Assembly (NCBI GenBank): GCA_040182905.1
Contig: JARQWU010000020.1
Coordinates: 1-64,000, forward strand
Direction: 5' to 3'
Origin: Barthelona sp. PAP020
Taxonomy: Eukaryota
Length of the DNA stretch: 64,000 nucleotides
Shown: positions 50,793-62,543 of the stretch, one piece after another
Position numbering within the stretch: position 1 is the first letter of the stretch
Layout of the letters: each line of letters begins with the position of its first letter
Position numbers and translations under genes: made by a program
Notes under the pieces: model-generated
The model's input: only the letters and a program-made list of their open reading frames with translations
The model's database searches: none
What the model was told of the DNA's origin: nothing

Positions 50793-52187
50793 ATGTCGGG
50801 CATTTCAGATTATTTATTATTTGAACGATTTAGTGTCCATCCTGATGGATATTTTCATCAAATGAAAAAATTTATTGCTGTGGATTTGTCATCTTATATT
50901 GATCGTGATTTGAAATTTTTTGCATACAAAATTTTTTCAAATAACTCTTTGATTACTGTTGGTAAAGAAGAGGATAAAGAATATGCTTTGCCACCATTTA
51001 ATCTTGTGGATGAAAAGAAAAGATTTTTTCTGACTCCTCAACTTGTTTGGTACGGTTATCCATTTGTTGTTGATTATTCCAATACTGAATCGATCACTAT
51101 CAATAAACCATTTTTTCAACATCAATGTCCTTTCTTTGTGCAAAATGCTGATCATATTTCAAACAATGATTCATCTGTTCCATTGATTAGATGCTATTTA
51201 CATGGATACAGTTCTTCTTCTTTGACCGATGTGCATTTGAATACTCGTTTTATGTTTGTGGATGAGTTGGATTCAAACAGTAATCTTCATTACACTGTTT
51301 GGATATTTTTTCAAGAATTTTCCGCTGCCTCTAACTCTTTTATCAACAATGAAAGTCTTACTGTTATTGAAACTGGAGATTTATCTTGCTTACAATTTTT
51401 TTCTTTGAATCCCAAATTTTTGCATCTTACAATAAATTACAATTTAGGGGTTATTCTTGAATACAAAGACACAATTATTGGTTTAACGGTAGATTTTATT
51501 GATGGGGAAGGTTTATTAACTGGCGATATTAGTTTTTCCTCATTAAAGTTTTTGAGTATTTTAATTAATGATAATTTTCAAGATCAAGAAGATGTTCAAA
51601 GTTTTATTTTGAATCAACCTTTGTTAAAAATGTTGATATTAACTGTGGAAGGTTGTAAATTGAATAAAGATTATTTTAATAGAATTTCTGTCACAAATTT
51701 AGTGATAAAATTGAAGAATGTCGATGAAATTACTATTGAGAACGATTTTGTGCAAAGTTTGATAATTATTGTAAGTGAAGCTCATTCCAAAATAACATTG
51801 AAGTGCTCAAAATTGTTAAATTTGGAAATTAAACCTCTAGTAACCCCTTCAATTTATTGTGTTCAAACAATTAATATATCAACAAAATCTCAAATTCGTC
51901 GCTTGTTGATTTCCTCACTCATTTTTCAAGTTGAAGAATTTGAAATTTTAGACTATGATCGAGATGAGGAAAATCCAGAATGTTCTCCTTTTGATAAAAT
52001 GTTGATTCAAGATTCAAGATTTTCTTGGGAAGAATTTCATCAAAGACATGATGTTACCAGTTATCAGAACGTTGTTCAAGCAAATGTTGTTTTTTTGTGT
52101 AAAAATCAGATTTTCTCATTTAATAGACGTCTAAAATTTAAAGGTAACAATGCTCTGGGAAAATGGAAAGAATTAGAGAAACTGTGA
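50793..52187 (+). CDS. hypothetical protein, possibly degenerate LRR-like C-terminal half
   Basis: Long ORF with LxxLxI spacing (SSLKFLSI, PLLKMLIL, SKLLNLEI). Confidence 0.7.
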   Translation: MSGISDYLLFERFSVHPDGYFHQMKKFIAVDLSSYIDRDLKFFAYKIFSNNSLITVGKEEDKEYALPPFNLVDEKKRFFLTPQLVWYGYPFVVDYSNTESITINKPFFQHQCPFFVQNADHISNNDSSVPLIRCYLHGYSSSSLTDVHLNTRFMFVDELDSNSNLHYTVWIFFQEFSAASNSFINNESLTVIETGDLSCLQFFSLNPKFLHLTINYNLGVILEYKDTIIGLTVDFIDGEGLLTGDISFSSLKFLSILINDNFQDQEDVQSFILNQPLLKMLILTVEGCKLNKDYFNRISVTNLVIKLKNVDEITIENDFVQSLIIIVSEAHSKITLKCSKLLNLEIKPLVTPSIYCVQTINISTKSQIRRLLISSLIFQVEEFEILDYDRDEENPECSPFDKMLIQDSRFSWEEFHQRHDVTSYQNVVQANVVFLCKNQIFSFNRRLKFKGNNALGKWKELEKL

Positions 52188-53985
52188 AGATCATCACTGG
52201 TTTGTTAGACCATTAAATCTCAGAATCGTTACTAAAATTGGAGTAGAAATTAATGTGGATGTAAAGATTTTGAGCATTTTTTAAAAATAAGACAAATCTT
52301 TACTCAATCGGTGATATCAATTGAGAAGCCAACATAGTTTGAAAAGTTTTACAAAGGTCAATAAATTTTGGAAATTTATTTTGAAGAGGGGAAATAGCTG
52401 TAACAACAGGACTTTTCCACTTCAAAAGTGTGGAACATTTTTCTTTTGTTGCATTTTTTTAAATATCTGTGGGTATAAACACGAGGATACATGGGCAATT
52501 TAAAAAAATTGATTGGAATACATTGAATGTTCTTTGCCTCTTTAGGAAAAAACTAAAACCCACCAAGTCAGAAACATTGCAAATTATGAATGTTATAATG
52601 GAAATTCTCAAGAAAATAGGAACATATGATCTCAAAACTCATTATGGGGGTCACCCTCTGTTTATTTTGCTTTATTTCATAAGTTTACAGTTAAAAAATA
52701 AAGGTAAAATCAAAGAAAAATTCAAAATTTCATGGTTTCCCAACAAGTTCTTAACTTGGGAATTCAAAACGAATCAATACAAAGAATACTAGATCTATTA
52801 TCGATGGAGAGGTTAATTTTATCGGAAATCAAAGGTACTCCAAATAGAAAAATTAATAAATAATGCTTACATTTATTTTTTAAGATCCTCAAGAAGAGAA
52901 AAACATCAATCCAAAGGATAAGAAAGAAAAAGAAAAGAACATATCGGAACTTAATAGACATAACGGCAAAACTGATGATGTGCACCGTGAAATTACAAAA
53001 GACAAAATCAGTAAGATCAAAAGGAACAACAAAAGAATTTTAAAACATTGGCACAAGAGTCAAATTATTACATAGAACGCTTTCAATCCTCAAGAAATTA
53101 ATGGAGAGAGCAATGACACAATATATGAGGATAAAATTCAATCCTTCTGATGTAAATTGGTCAAGAGATAATAACGAGAAGGTTATCAACAAGTTGCCAG
53201 AACAAAGTGCTTGTTTGCTGAAATAAAAATAAAATGTAAAGATTTTACAAACATTTTCATAAAGAAGACATGTATAATCTACATATGGACAGTAGTTAAG
53301 ATACAAGCATTACTCGGAGTGTTCAACAAAAGTCGAAAAAACTTCAGATAAGACCTCAAACATAGAGATGACATCAACAAGAACAATTGTTTACTTCAAG
53401 AATCCTAAATTTAATCCTTTAGGTCGCTTTTTTTTTTTTTAGGCGTCGAATATCCCAAAATCTTCTTCATTGAAAAACTTCTAACTATACATAACCCAAC
53501 GTAATGGGTTAACATAAAAATAAAAGTCTTTTAAATTTATGAAACAGGGTAAATTTAATTCAAGTCCCAACAATAATAAGAAAGTAAAAAAAGATAGGCA
53601 TAAAAAGCTCAAAATTCCTTAACAAAAAAGTTAAGGTGCACTTTTCAAAAATTAAAGAAAGAAAAAATTAAGTTTCAAACACTCCTTCCAATCGGGAAAA
53701 ATTTCTTTTTGTCTTAAACTCCAATGTAATGCCTTGACATTAAAAACAAAAGGAGTTATCACTTTTGCAGAAGACAAAGATTCTTCATTGTATAAATTCC
53801 TTTTGAATCTTGAACTTTTTAAACAAAAATTACTTTCATTTTTGTCAAATCGAATGTTTTCAAAAGAAAAATGAAAAATAAATTGAATAAACAACCAAAG
53901 TGAAGTTTTTTTGTTTGAATCAAATTAATTTTTTCCCATTTCCTGTACATATTTTAATCGATTATAGTTTATTAAGATCAAAAAA

Positions 53986-54987
53986 ATGTTTTGTTCGAAA
54001 CCAGCCTTTGAAACCTTTTTGAGTGTCGCTGAAGATTTGCAACCTAATGGTGCAGGTGATATTGAAACCATTGAAAAAGCTTGGAAAATTAGACCATTAG
54101 TTAGTAATTGTTTTGAAGAAATCTTCAATAAACATGTTAAAGATATCAATTTGACCAATTTACAAAATGAGTACTGTCAACAAATTAGAAAAGAGACATC
54201 TCATGAACTTTTAGATCATCCATTTTATGCACCTGTTGAACATTCTGTTCACCAATCAGATATTGATTCCAATTGGAATTATTCTGAAATTAATAACAAA
54301 TATCCAAACATTTCAGCTAATGATTCATTAGATAGAATTGTGCAAGAACTGGAGTTGAGAATACATTCTTTGGAAACTGCCAACATTGATTTGTCTTCAA
54401 GAGTTCAAGTTTTGGAACATGTTTTGAAAACCAATAATATGAGCGGGTTTCTATCAACAGCTCCAGAGATGAATAATGATGAAATCGATCTTAATTTATT
54501 TGAGAATATCGAGCAAGTCATCAACAATGTTACCAAGGAAAAAAAAAATATTTTGGGTGATTTCGAAGTAGATCAAGAAAGTATGATGAAAGAAGAAGAA
54601 GAAGAAGAAATTGAATTCACCGGCACAATGACGATTCATACCCCATTTATGCTTGCTGTCAAACAATTTAATGAAGAACGAATGGTAATGGAGAAAGATG
54701 AAGTTGAAAGCGATGAAGTTGAAATACACAAAGAAAACACTTCAGATCAAATTGAAGATAAGGAAGAAACACCTGTTACACCCATTTCCGTCGATTCTGA
54801 ACCAAAAGATATTTCACAAGATGTTAAAGATGTTGATATATCATCGAAGAAAGATATATCATCAAGTGAAACAATAAATCTAGAGGATGAAAATGAAAAT
54901 CAAAAGGAATCAAAAGAAGATGACTTATTTTTGAAACAAGCTCAAGAATCAATAATGAAGGTATTTCAAGAAAAATTAGGCATGTAG
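53986..54987 (+). CDS. hypothetical acidic coiled-coil protein
   Basis: 333-aa ATG ORF with a short coiled coil and Glu/Asp-rich tail. Confidence 0.75.
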   Translation: MFCSKPAFETFLSVAEDLQPNGAGDIETIEKAWKIRPLVSNCFEEIFNKHVKDINLTNLQNEYCQQIRKETSHELLDHPFYAPVEHSVHQSDIDSNWNYSEINNKYPNISANDSLDRIVQELELRIHSLETANIDLSSRVQVLEHVLKTNNMSGFLSTAPEMNNDEIDLNLFENIEQVINNVTKEKKNILGDFEVDQESMMKEEEEEEIEFTGTMTIHTPFMLAVKQFNEERMVMEKDEVESDEVEIHKENTSDQIEDKEETPVTPISVDSEPKDISQDVKDVDISSKKDISSSETINLEDENENQKESKEDDLFLKQAQESIMKVFQEKLGM

Positions 54988-55099
54988 ACGTTATTTTCAA
55001 TGTTTTATCACCAAATATTTTATTGTTAAATTTGCGATTTAAAACACTTTATAAAAATGTATTTATTTTATATTCTATTTTTATAATTTGATATCAAAT

Positions 55100-56545
55100 A
55101 TGAGCGACAATGATATCAGTTTGACGAAAAAGGCTCAATGCAAGTTATGTGGGGGTGATTATTGCATTCGATGCGGATTCGAATCTGTTCTTCATCGATC
55201 TGAAGAACCAGCAATAAAAGGATTACATTCTGACTTTGTATATTGCAAAAATATAATATTATCTCAAAGACCCACTGAAACTTTAATCAACAGAAACAAT
55301 TTGTTCAAAGAATTTCAAGATATGAATATTGGATTGATTATCAACACACAAGAACAATATGAACATCCCTATTGTGGTGGTGGAAATTTGAAAGGAAAAC
55401 CATTTTCATATGACCCTGAAGAATTTTTAAAATATGGAGTAAACACTTTTTTTTTTCCTATTGTTGATTTTGGAGCACCAGTGGTTGAGCTAATGTTTTC
55501 TGTATGTCAAACAGTGAAGTATTACATTGTTGATCAACACAAAAAGATATTTATCCATTGTCATGCCGGATTAGGACGGTCGGGATTAGTTGCAGCTTCT
55601 ATTTTATGTTTTTTCTTTGACATTACAGGAAAAAATGCAATTTATGCGGTTAGAAGGGACAGAATTGGTTCCATTCAAAGGAAGAAACAAGAAAACTACA
55701 TTTTGAATTTTTTCACCACTTTGATACAATATAAAACAACTTTTTTTACTCATTACTCATATCCACTTGATTCACAGACATTTGATTTCTCATTAAAAGA
55801 CATAGTATCAGTTACAACAAATCAAAAATTATCTGTCAGCATTTCTAATACTTGTATACCGATTGCACCAATTGGATTCTCCAGAATTTGTGCATATTTA
55901 ATATCTTTAAAACCTTCATTTGAACTGGTATGTGCTTGTTATGAGCGTATAAAATCTCATTTATTTAACGGGAAAAGATTATTTGAGGATATAAATACCG
56001 TTATCAGAATGCAAAAATTTTTCAACATGTTCAATTCCGGTTCAAAAGAAGCTTTCGATACTGACCTTGATATTATCATTTATGGATTCTTTCTTTCTTT
56101 GATTCAATTTGATAAACCCATATTTTTCATTTCAAACGACGATGAAACAAAGAATAAAGAAAATCATGAAAATCATGAAAAAATTTTCGAATTGGACATG
56201 ATTTCTCTAAATGTGATTTTTTATCTTAAAACTTTATTAAATAGCTTGAATGATTCAAAAATTGAAAAAAAAGAAGAAATGTTCGCTTTTTTATTGGGTT
56301 TTTTTGGTACGAAAATTATATGCCTTTCGGATGACATCATTTTGTCTTCCAATCAAGTCTTTGAACAAAATAAAAACGACAACCAACAGCTTTCAGAATT
56401 TTCAGATCTTATTTTAAATACGAATGATTTATGTTGTCAATACTTCAATCTAAACGAGTATTCATTCGCCAAAGTTCAAGAAATTAAAGAATTTAATGAA
56501 CTTTTTCCAAAAAAGGATACATTTCAGAGGCTTCATTTGTTGTAA
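55100..56545 (+). CDS. PTPDC1: Protein tyrosine phosphatase domain-containing 1 (PTPDC1)-like
   Basis: LCGG..C, AIKGLHSDFV, QRP, EHPYCG, IHCHAGLGRSG, R.GSIQ. Confidence 0.88.
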   Translation: MSDNDISLTKKAQCKLCGGDYCIRCGFESVLHRSEEPAIKGLHSDFVYCKNIILSQRPTETLINRNNLFKEFQDMNIGLIINTQEQYEHPYCGGGNLKGKPFSYDPEEFLKYGVNTFFFPIVDFGAPVVELMFSVCQTVKYYIVDQHKKIFIHCHAGLGRSGLVAASILCFFFDITGKNAIYAVRRDRIGSIQRKKQENYILNFFTTLIQYKTTFFTHYSYPLDSQTFDFSLKDIVSVTTNQKLSVSISNTCIPIAPIGFSRICAYLISLKPSFELVCACYERIKSHLFNGKRLFEDINTVIRMQKFFNMFNSGSKEAFDTDLDIIIYGFFLSLIQFDKPIFFISNDDETKNKENHENHEKIFELDMISLNVIFYLKTLLNSLNDSKIEKKEEMFAFLLGFFGTKIICLSDDIILSSNQVFEQNKNDNQQLSEFSDLILNTNDLCCQYFNLNEYSFAKVQEIKEFNELFPKKDTFQRLHLL

Positions 56546-56941
56546 AAAGGATTTATTTTTATTATTCACCCTTTATTTTAATTTTAATTGTAATTACGAC
56601 TTATTATTCATCAAAGCTCGAAATCAAATCTTTTTTTCCAATTTTCTAAGATTTAAGGCAATTAATTTTGAAATAGAATTACATTTCAATGATTCTTGAG
56701 ATAAAATTTTTTTAACTCCTGGATGAAAAACTAATTTTGAACCAAAATGTCCTGTTGTTGAAACTGGTTCCATTCTCATCAATCTTTTGTCTGAAATAGT
56801 TCCTTTAATTTTCTTTTTCTTCCCTATTTTTTGAAATGATATGAATATATTTTGATTTGGAGAAATCATTCAATTAAAAAACTGCAAAAAAAAAAACAAG
56901 AATTTTTTTTTTTTTGCAACAGTTTCGAGTTTTCTTCAAAA

Positions 56942-59900
56942 ATGTCATCGAATGTGATTGGATTGGATCATTTTTTGAATGTTATGATACGAACATTGGA
57001 AGAAAATCAGAATATGATGAAATCATTAAAAGAAAAACAAGAAGTTGATCCAATGCAACAAGTGTTTCAATTGCAAACATTAATTGAAAAGAACGCAATT
57101 ATATCTGTAAAATTACAATCATTGTTTAAATATTTGAAAAATCGACAAAGTATTGAAGAATATCAAGAATTGTTGTTGGTTTGGCATGATAAATTTAATA
57201 AATTAGGGACATTGATGAGAGGTATTATAAGGCCTAATGTGTGTGTAAAACAGATCAGTGAGTTTTTGAGTGTTGGTGCCTTTAGCACTTTGGAAGATTA
57301 CGTTAATTTTTTGTTCACCTTAAGAAATAAAATATCGAATTCAACAGTTATTGGGTCCATCAATTATTCAATAGAATTGACCAAATTATTGTTGAATGAT
57401 TCTCCATTGTTTCAAGATGTTGATAAGACTGAATTTTTTAAGTCCATTGAATTACATACAAGAAAGCTTTTATTGCATCTTCAGGCGTCTAATTCGTTAC
57501 CAGATGAGTTGAGATATAATATTAGAGGCCATAAGTTGATGTTATTTGTGAAAGATTATTACAGTGTTGAAATGTGTTATTTGCCGTTTAGACCACCCAA
57601 ATTGAAATTAGATTATATATATTTTGAACAGTATCATTTTCCCAAGTTTTTGATTTTTGACATTGAACTTCATCCAGTTTATGATGATTGTTTGCATTTG
57701 AATAAAAAAGATATGTTTATCGGAAAGGATTTAAACAAATTTTTAAATGCTTACTTGTGTGAGATCAAGGATGATATATTGAGTGACAGCGATCTTTTGA
57801 TGAATATTCATGATCAATTGATTACCTTAGTACATGGAGTTTGTTTTAAATTGCTATTGGAACAAGCGAAAATTGCCAAGGAAAGAAATTTATTTGGTAT
57901 CAAACAAGTTTCTGTGCATGCATCTTTCTTTACCTTTGATACAGCAGATAAAATGTTCAAGGTCACAGAGCAAATGGGAATTGAGACAAAATCGTTTTCT
58001 ATTGATTCAGAATGGACTCGAATATTTTATCCTGGTGGAAAAGTGAGTATCAGGGATTTGACAATGTCTACCGATTTGATATATGACTATTTAACCAATA
58101 TATATCATCATCTGACATCGAAAACTATTGGATTGAATTGCAGATTGGCAACTCATAAAATTGAAATTATTGTGAAGGATATATGTTTTTGTTGTGTTGC
58201 CATCAAAAAAATTGATGAAAATCCTTTGGTTTTCTTCAATTATGGTGGGGACAACAATTTTGATTGTTCTTTTCTGAAAGTTTTATATCAAGAAGAATTG
58301 AACACTGATACTTTATTGAGTGTTAAAGAAAACATTTATGATTTGGTGAAGAACATCTTTCTTTTTTCTTTAAAATGTCAGTTGAATAACATAGGATTTC
58401 AATTTTTTGAAAACCATCGAGAAAAGGTTGAATTTCATGAGCATTCTCAAAAAAAAAATGTCATCTTGGAAAATCCTTTGTATTTTAAGAATAATCAAAT
58501 GAAATGCTTTTTGGTAATCGATATTGATATGAACGATACTCTTGATTTGTCAGAATGGAATTTGATCACGTTATTGTCACCATCAAAGATCAACGAAGTT
58601 CATGAGTATAGACCTGGAATACCTTTAATCAACAACGCAAACATCGATGACTTTTTGAATGAAATAATTGATTCATCAATTTTTTTCAATGTTAAACGCA
58701 TAGATTCAATGAAAACAAAGTTGTTTATTCGCACAATATTAGAATATGATGCAAAAATATTGATAAATAGAATAGTTCAAAAAAGAACATTTGAAGATGT
58801 TTTATCAACTTCTATTTTCATTAATAAAGGGTATTTTGAATATTTTAAGGTTACTCCTTTACGAAATAAACGATTTGACATTGAAATTGGGTTGCATGAA
58901 GATATTAATAGTCTAATTGTAAAAGATGAGTTATTGGATGCACAATTATTGATGTTGGATGAGTTTAAGATGATTGAAGAGAATTTCTTAAAAATCAATC
59001 ATTCATCTGAAGGAAAGATGATTGTTCGAATGAATTGTAGCAATTATTTTGAATTAGGCTACAAATTTATTATTCCTTGTCAACAAATCATCATGTTTTT
59101 AACGTCTTTTTATAAAATTCAAAATGGTCAAAAAGCATGGAAATTGGAGTTTTTCAGTCCAAATGGATTTATCTTAAGTTTAGCGAACATGTTTATTGAA
59201 AATAAAAAAATATTCATTTTGTTCAGTTTTGCTAAAGAAATTAACAATCTATTTCTTGCAAAAATACCCTTCGATGTAAATCCCAATCAATATCTTGTAT
59301 TGGTGTTAAATTCACAGGTAAATATGTCTTTCAATTTGATGTTGACTCATTTTGTTAACAAAAAAATTTCAAACTTCTTCAATTTAGCTCAATGGTTAAA
59401 AGAATTCTTTTTGTTTTTCAGAAATTATCTCCCTTTATACTTAAATAATCGAAAATGCAAATTAACACACACAAATAGAAAATTGAGCAAAATGATTTGC
59501 ACCAGTTCAAAATTTGCCTCATTGATTTATTTGCCAATGATATTTCCATCCTCTCATTATGTCTGGAAATTAATAAATCAAACTGAATCGTACAATAAGA
59601 AAGATGGTTTATTAAGAGGTAATACGTTAGCTGAACTTTCTTCCATAGTCTCTTTACATTATCAATTTTTTTACATAGGCAAATCGTATTATGCAATCAG
59701 TTTACTGGATAACAATTTGTTGTTGTCTGATTGGATTTCATTTATTTCAGTAATGAACCCCTATTCTGACTACAATATGTTAAAAAAAGTCTTGATTGTA
59801 CATCATAGTAAACTTGAAGACACACTTCAGGCGATTCATCATTTTAGTAGTCTGGTAATTGCAGAAAAATTGCTTAATCTCCTATTTCATCACTATAGTG

Positions 59901-60397
59901 ATAAGCTAGAGATGCAGCATTTTGGTGATAGAGTTGAATACAGTATTTTGGATGAAAATTTGAATATCGACTTGAACATATCAAAAATTCGCAATTCAGT
60001 TCAAATTCTATCCTTTAACAAGGAAATAAAACAGCCAACTTTATATTTGACTATTAACAGACCTTATTCTTTAAAAAAGAATGTTCCAATTTTCGAAAAC
60101 TTGATTCAATTTGTCCAATTTATTCGTTTGTTGGTGCAAAATAGAAAAGTAGTTGTTCCTTTGTTAAAACTATTTGATCAGTCCAGAATTAATGTTTTGG
60201 TTTGGATGAGTTTTAGTCGTTTCATCAAACATGATCTGAAGATATCTTTACCAACTCCTTTGAATTGTAATTTCATCGTTTATTTGAGTGAAAACAGTAT
60301 TGGGAGATATTATTTGGAAAAAAATGATTATCTTACATTGGAATCAGGTTTGACACTTGATGAAGTGTGTGAAAAAATAGCTGAAATTTTTCAATAA
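56942..60397 (+). CDS. MED14: Mediator subunit MED14-like (divergent)
   Basis: N-terminal VKLQSLFKY, RPNVCVKQISEFLSVGAFSTL, LPDELRYNIRGHKLMLFVKDYYSVEM parallel MED14 N-terminal motifs; size fits. Confidence 0.55.
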   Translation: MSSNVIGLDHFLNVMIRTLEENQNMMKSLKEKQEVDPMQQVFQLQTLIEKNAIISVKLQSLFKYLKNRQSIEEYQELLLVWHDKFNKLGTLMRGIIRPNVCVKQISEFLSVGAFSTLEDYVNFLFTLRNKISNSTVIGSINYSIELTKLLLNDSPLFQDVDKTEFFKSIELHTRKLLLHLQASNSLPDELRYNIRGHKLMLFVKDYYSVEMCYLPFRPPKLKLDYIYFEQYHFPKFLIFDIELHPVYDDCLHLNKKDMFIGKDLNKFLNAYLCEIKDDILSDSDLLMNIHDQLITLVHGVCFKLLLEQAKIAKERNLFGIKQVSVHASFFTFDTADKMFKVTEQMGIETKSFSIDSEWTRIFYPGGKVSIRDLTMSTDLIYDYLTNIYHHLTSKTIGLNCRLATHKIEIIVKDICFCCVAIKKIDENPLVFFNYGGDNNFDCSFLKVLYQEELNTDTLLSVKENIYDLVKNIFLFSLKCQLNNIGFQFFENHREKVEFHEHSQKKNVILENPLYFKNNQMKCFLVIDIDMNDTLDLSEWNLITLLSPSKINEVHEYRPGIPLINNANIDDFLNEIIDSSIFFNVKRIDSMKTKLFIRTILEYDAKILINRIVQKRTFEDVLSTSIFINKGYFEYFKVTPLRNKRFDIEIGLHEDINSLIVKDELLDAQLLMLDEFKMIEENFLKINHSSEGKMIVRMNCSNYFELGYKFIIPCQQIIMFLTSFYKIQNGQKAWKLEFFSPNGFILSLANMFIENKKIFILFSFAKEINNLFLAKIPFDVNPNQYLVLVLNSQVNMSFNLMLTHFVNKKISNFFNLAQWLKEFFLFFRNYLPLYLNNRKCKLTHTNRKLSKMICTSSKFASLIYLPMIFPSSHYVWKLINQTESYNKKDGLLRGNTLAELSSIVSLHYQFFYIGKSYYAISLLDNNLLLSDWISFISVMNPYSDYNMLKKVLIVHHSKLEDTLQAIHHFSSLVIAEKLLNLLFHHYSDKLEMQHFGDRVEYSILDENLNIDLNISKIRNSVQILSFNKEIKQPTLYLTINRPYSLKKNVPIFENLIQFVQFIRLLVQNRKVVVPLLKLFDQSRINVLVWMSFSRFIKHDLKISLPTPLNCNFIVYLSENSIGRYYLEKNDYLTLESGLTLDEVCEKIAEIFQ

Positions 60398-60483
60398 TTG
60401 ACCACATTTAGTAAATATTAGTTCTGATAGTGTTGTTTTTATTCTTTCTTTGACATAATTTTGCAATATTTTTAATTTCAGTC

Positions 60484-60861
60484 TCAGACTTTCCTTCTGA
60501 GTAAATTATCCATCCGTTTTTTTTCTTTTATTGTTGTTATTTTGGAATAATTACAAGAAATGGTTTGAGTTGCCTGTGTAATTCCTCTTTTATATGCTTT
60601 AATCCTGTTTATTATCAAATCGATCACATCAAAGTTTACAAAAAAACCTGCCAATAGGGCTAACAATGAGAACTCTGATGATGACACTTGTGATGGAAAT
60701 TTTAATGGTGGATGAGGGTCATTTTTCTAAATATCTTCATTTGAATCAATTTTTACATTTTTTTTATCTTTTCTGTGACGTTGATTACCCTTGTATCCTA
60801 GCGGAGATGTTCTTGACTGAGAATAATGAAAAATAAGATAAATATTTATTTTTATCATCAT
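60484..60861 (-). CDS. Candidate small gene with a putative 30-nt intron (60727-60756)
   Basis: GTAAAAATTGATTCAAATGAAGATATTTAG removal joins MMIKINIYLIFHYSQSRT.. to the 67-aa ORF; no CTAA branch motif. Confidence 0.3.
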
Positions 60862-60900
60862 TGTTTTTTTTCTTTAAAAATTCATGTTTTAAGTTCTTTT

Positions 60901-61371
60901 ATGAAGCCCATATACAAATTCACTCCCCGATCACGACATTATTCAAAAAGCAAAACACCAATACCAGACAATTTGAAAAGATTTGATACTTCTGTTGGTG
61001 TTTCTCCATATTTGATTGAGAAGTCAAAAGAAGATAAAATAAATGATAATATAGTGAAGAAAACTGCTTCAGACAAAAATAAAAAGACAAGTTTATCAAG
61101 ACTTGTTGAGAAAGCAACAGCAACAAAGCATGGTGCCTTACCAATTGAAGAAGAAAATTTAATCCAAAACCAACAATATAATCGATCCAATGATACTGTA
61201 TATTTTGAAAATTCATACAAAGAACGAGTTTACAAGTCACTGCCAACAAGAAAAAACATTGCACAAACTTCCAAAATGAAATTACAAAAATTCAAGCACA
61301 TAACAAGATCTATATATGATTTAACACAACAAATGGAAGACACAAATCGTTGGATTAGTTCTACAATGTAA
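60901..61371 (+). CDS. hypothetical basic protein
   Basis: ATG ORF of ~156 aa; no motif recognised. Confidence 0.6.
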   Translation: MKPIYKFTPRSRHYSKSKTPIPDNLKRFDTSVGVSPYLIEKSKEDKINDNIVKKTASDKNKKTSLSRLVEKATATKHGALPIEEENLIQNQQYNRSNDTVYFENSYKERVYKSLPTRKNIAQTSKMKLQKFKHITRSIYDLTQQMEDTNRWISSTM

Positions 61372-61631
61372 ATCACTGGATAATTTGATTTTTTCTTTTA
61401 AACATAAATAGAAATTCCAAAAGAAAAACCATTTTATCTGTTTGCACAATAATATTTCAAATTTTTTACATTTTTGACAAAAAATTCATTTTGTAAATAA
61501 AGAAGAAAATTTTTGCCTTAATTGCTATTTAAAAGTGCACTGAAAAAAAAATTGGAATCTTGGACAATAATATCCAAAAATGGTCTGACTTCAACAATTA
61601 AACTTCTAAAATTGATGATGAAAAATAGAAA

Positions 61632-62510
61632 CTACAATTTATAACGGTCTGCCATTTCGTCGATGTTGAAAACTCTTTCCAAACAAGAGATGATGTTGTT
61701 TCCATCACATAAATAGATTATTTTGTCATCTATAATATATTTCACATACTCCATGTCGTCAACACAAGTTATTTTGTCATTGAGATGATATGCTTGTTTA
61801 AAGGAGACGGGGCATGGGATTTTGAACACCGTGGTATCTTTAGGGTCAATGAAATAATCAAAAACACGCACTCCATTGCCAATCAGAACGTAAACCAATG
61901 AATTCATGCCGGTATAAATGCAAGCAGGTGTGCTTAACAGCTTTGAAATAGCACGCTCACCTTCATACCCAGGGCCACCCATTATTAAAAATGTGTTCAT
62001 TGAGGACAAACCAACTGCATCACAAGTCAACGCCTCCTCAAGAAAACCAGCGATAAAAAAACTGCTGAGGTTTATGATAAATTCTGGTTTTTCGCCATTC
62101 ATGGCAACTATATATCGTTTTGTCGACTTGTCAATGATAGGATAGGGTGTATATACAAAATTGTGGGAGAACTTGATGAACTCCTTGTAGGCAACGGCAT
62201 CAATACCATCGGCCAACCATAAATAAGCTTCGTGCGGAAAGTAGGTCTCCACTGTGGAGTTGTACCTCCCAATTTGTCTCGGTTTTCCAAAATTCAACAA
62301 TGATGCTGTTTCGACAATACTAATCGTATTTAATGTGTAGTTTCTTTTATAATCAGACACCTCGGTGTATCTGTGCTGGTTGACAATTGTTTGATTGTTT
62401 CTTTCCAAATCGATAAGAACGCCAATTGTGTACGAGCAAATTGATATTAATATTACAAGACTGAAGGTAATAAATCTAGTGTTTAATCCATGACTGTTCG
62501 AACTTTCCAT
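61632..62510 (-). CDS. Type II membrane protein with DJ-1/PfpI (GATase1)-like domain, paralog 1
   Basis: N-terminal TM; YLWLADGIDAVAY, KPEFIINL, LIMGGP, LIGNGVR shared with neighbour. Confidence 0.7.
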   Translation of the reverse strand: MESSNSHGLNTRFITFSLVILISICSYTIGVLIDLERNNQTIVNQHRYTEVSDYKRNYTLNTISIVETASLLNFGKPRQIGRYNSTVETYFPHEAYLWLADGIDAVAYKEFIKFSHNFVYTPYPIIDKSTKRYIVAMNGEKPEFIINLSSFFIAGFLEEALTCDAVGLSSMNTFLIMGGPGYEGERAISKLLSTPACIYTGMNSLVYVLIGNGVRVFDYFIDPKDTTVFKIPCPVSFKQAYHLNDKITCVDDMEYVKYIIDDKIIYLCDGNNIISCLERVFNIDEMADRYKL

Positions 62511-62543
62511 TAAAAATAAACAAAAAACAATTACAAAAACTAT

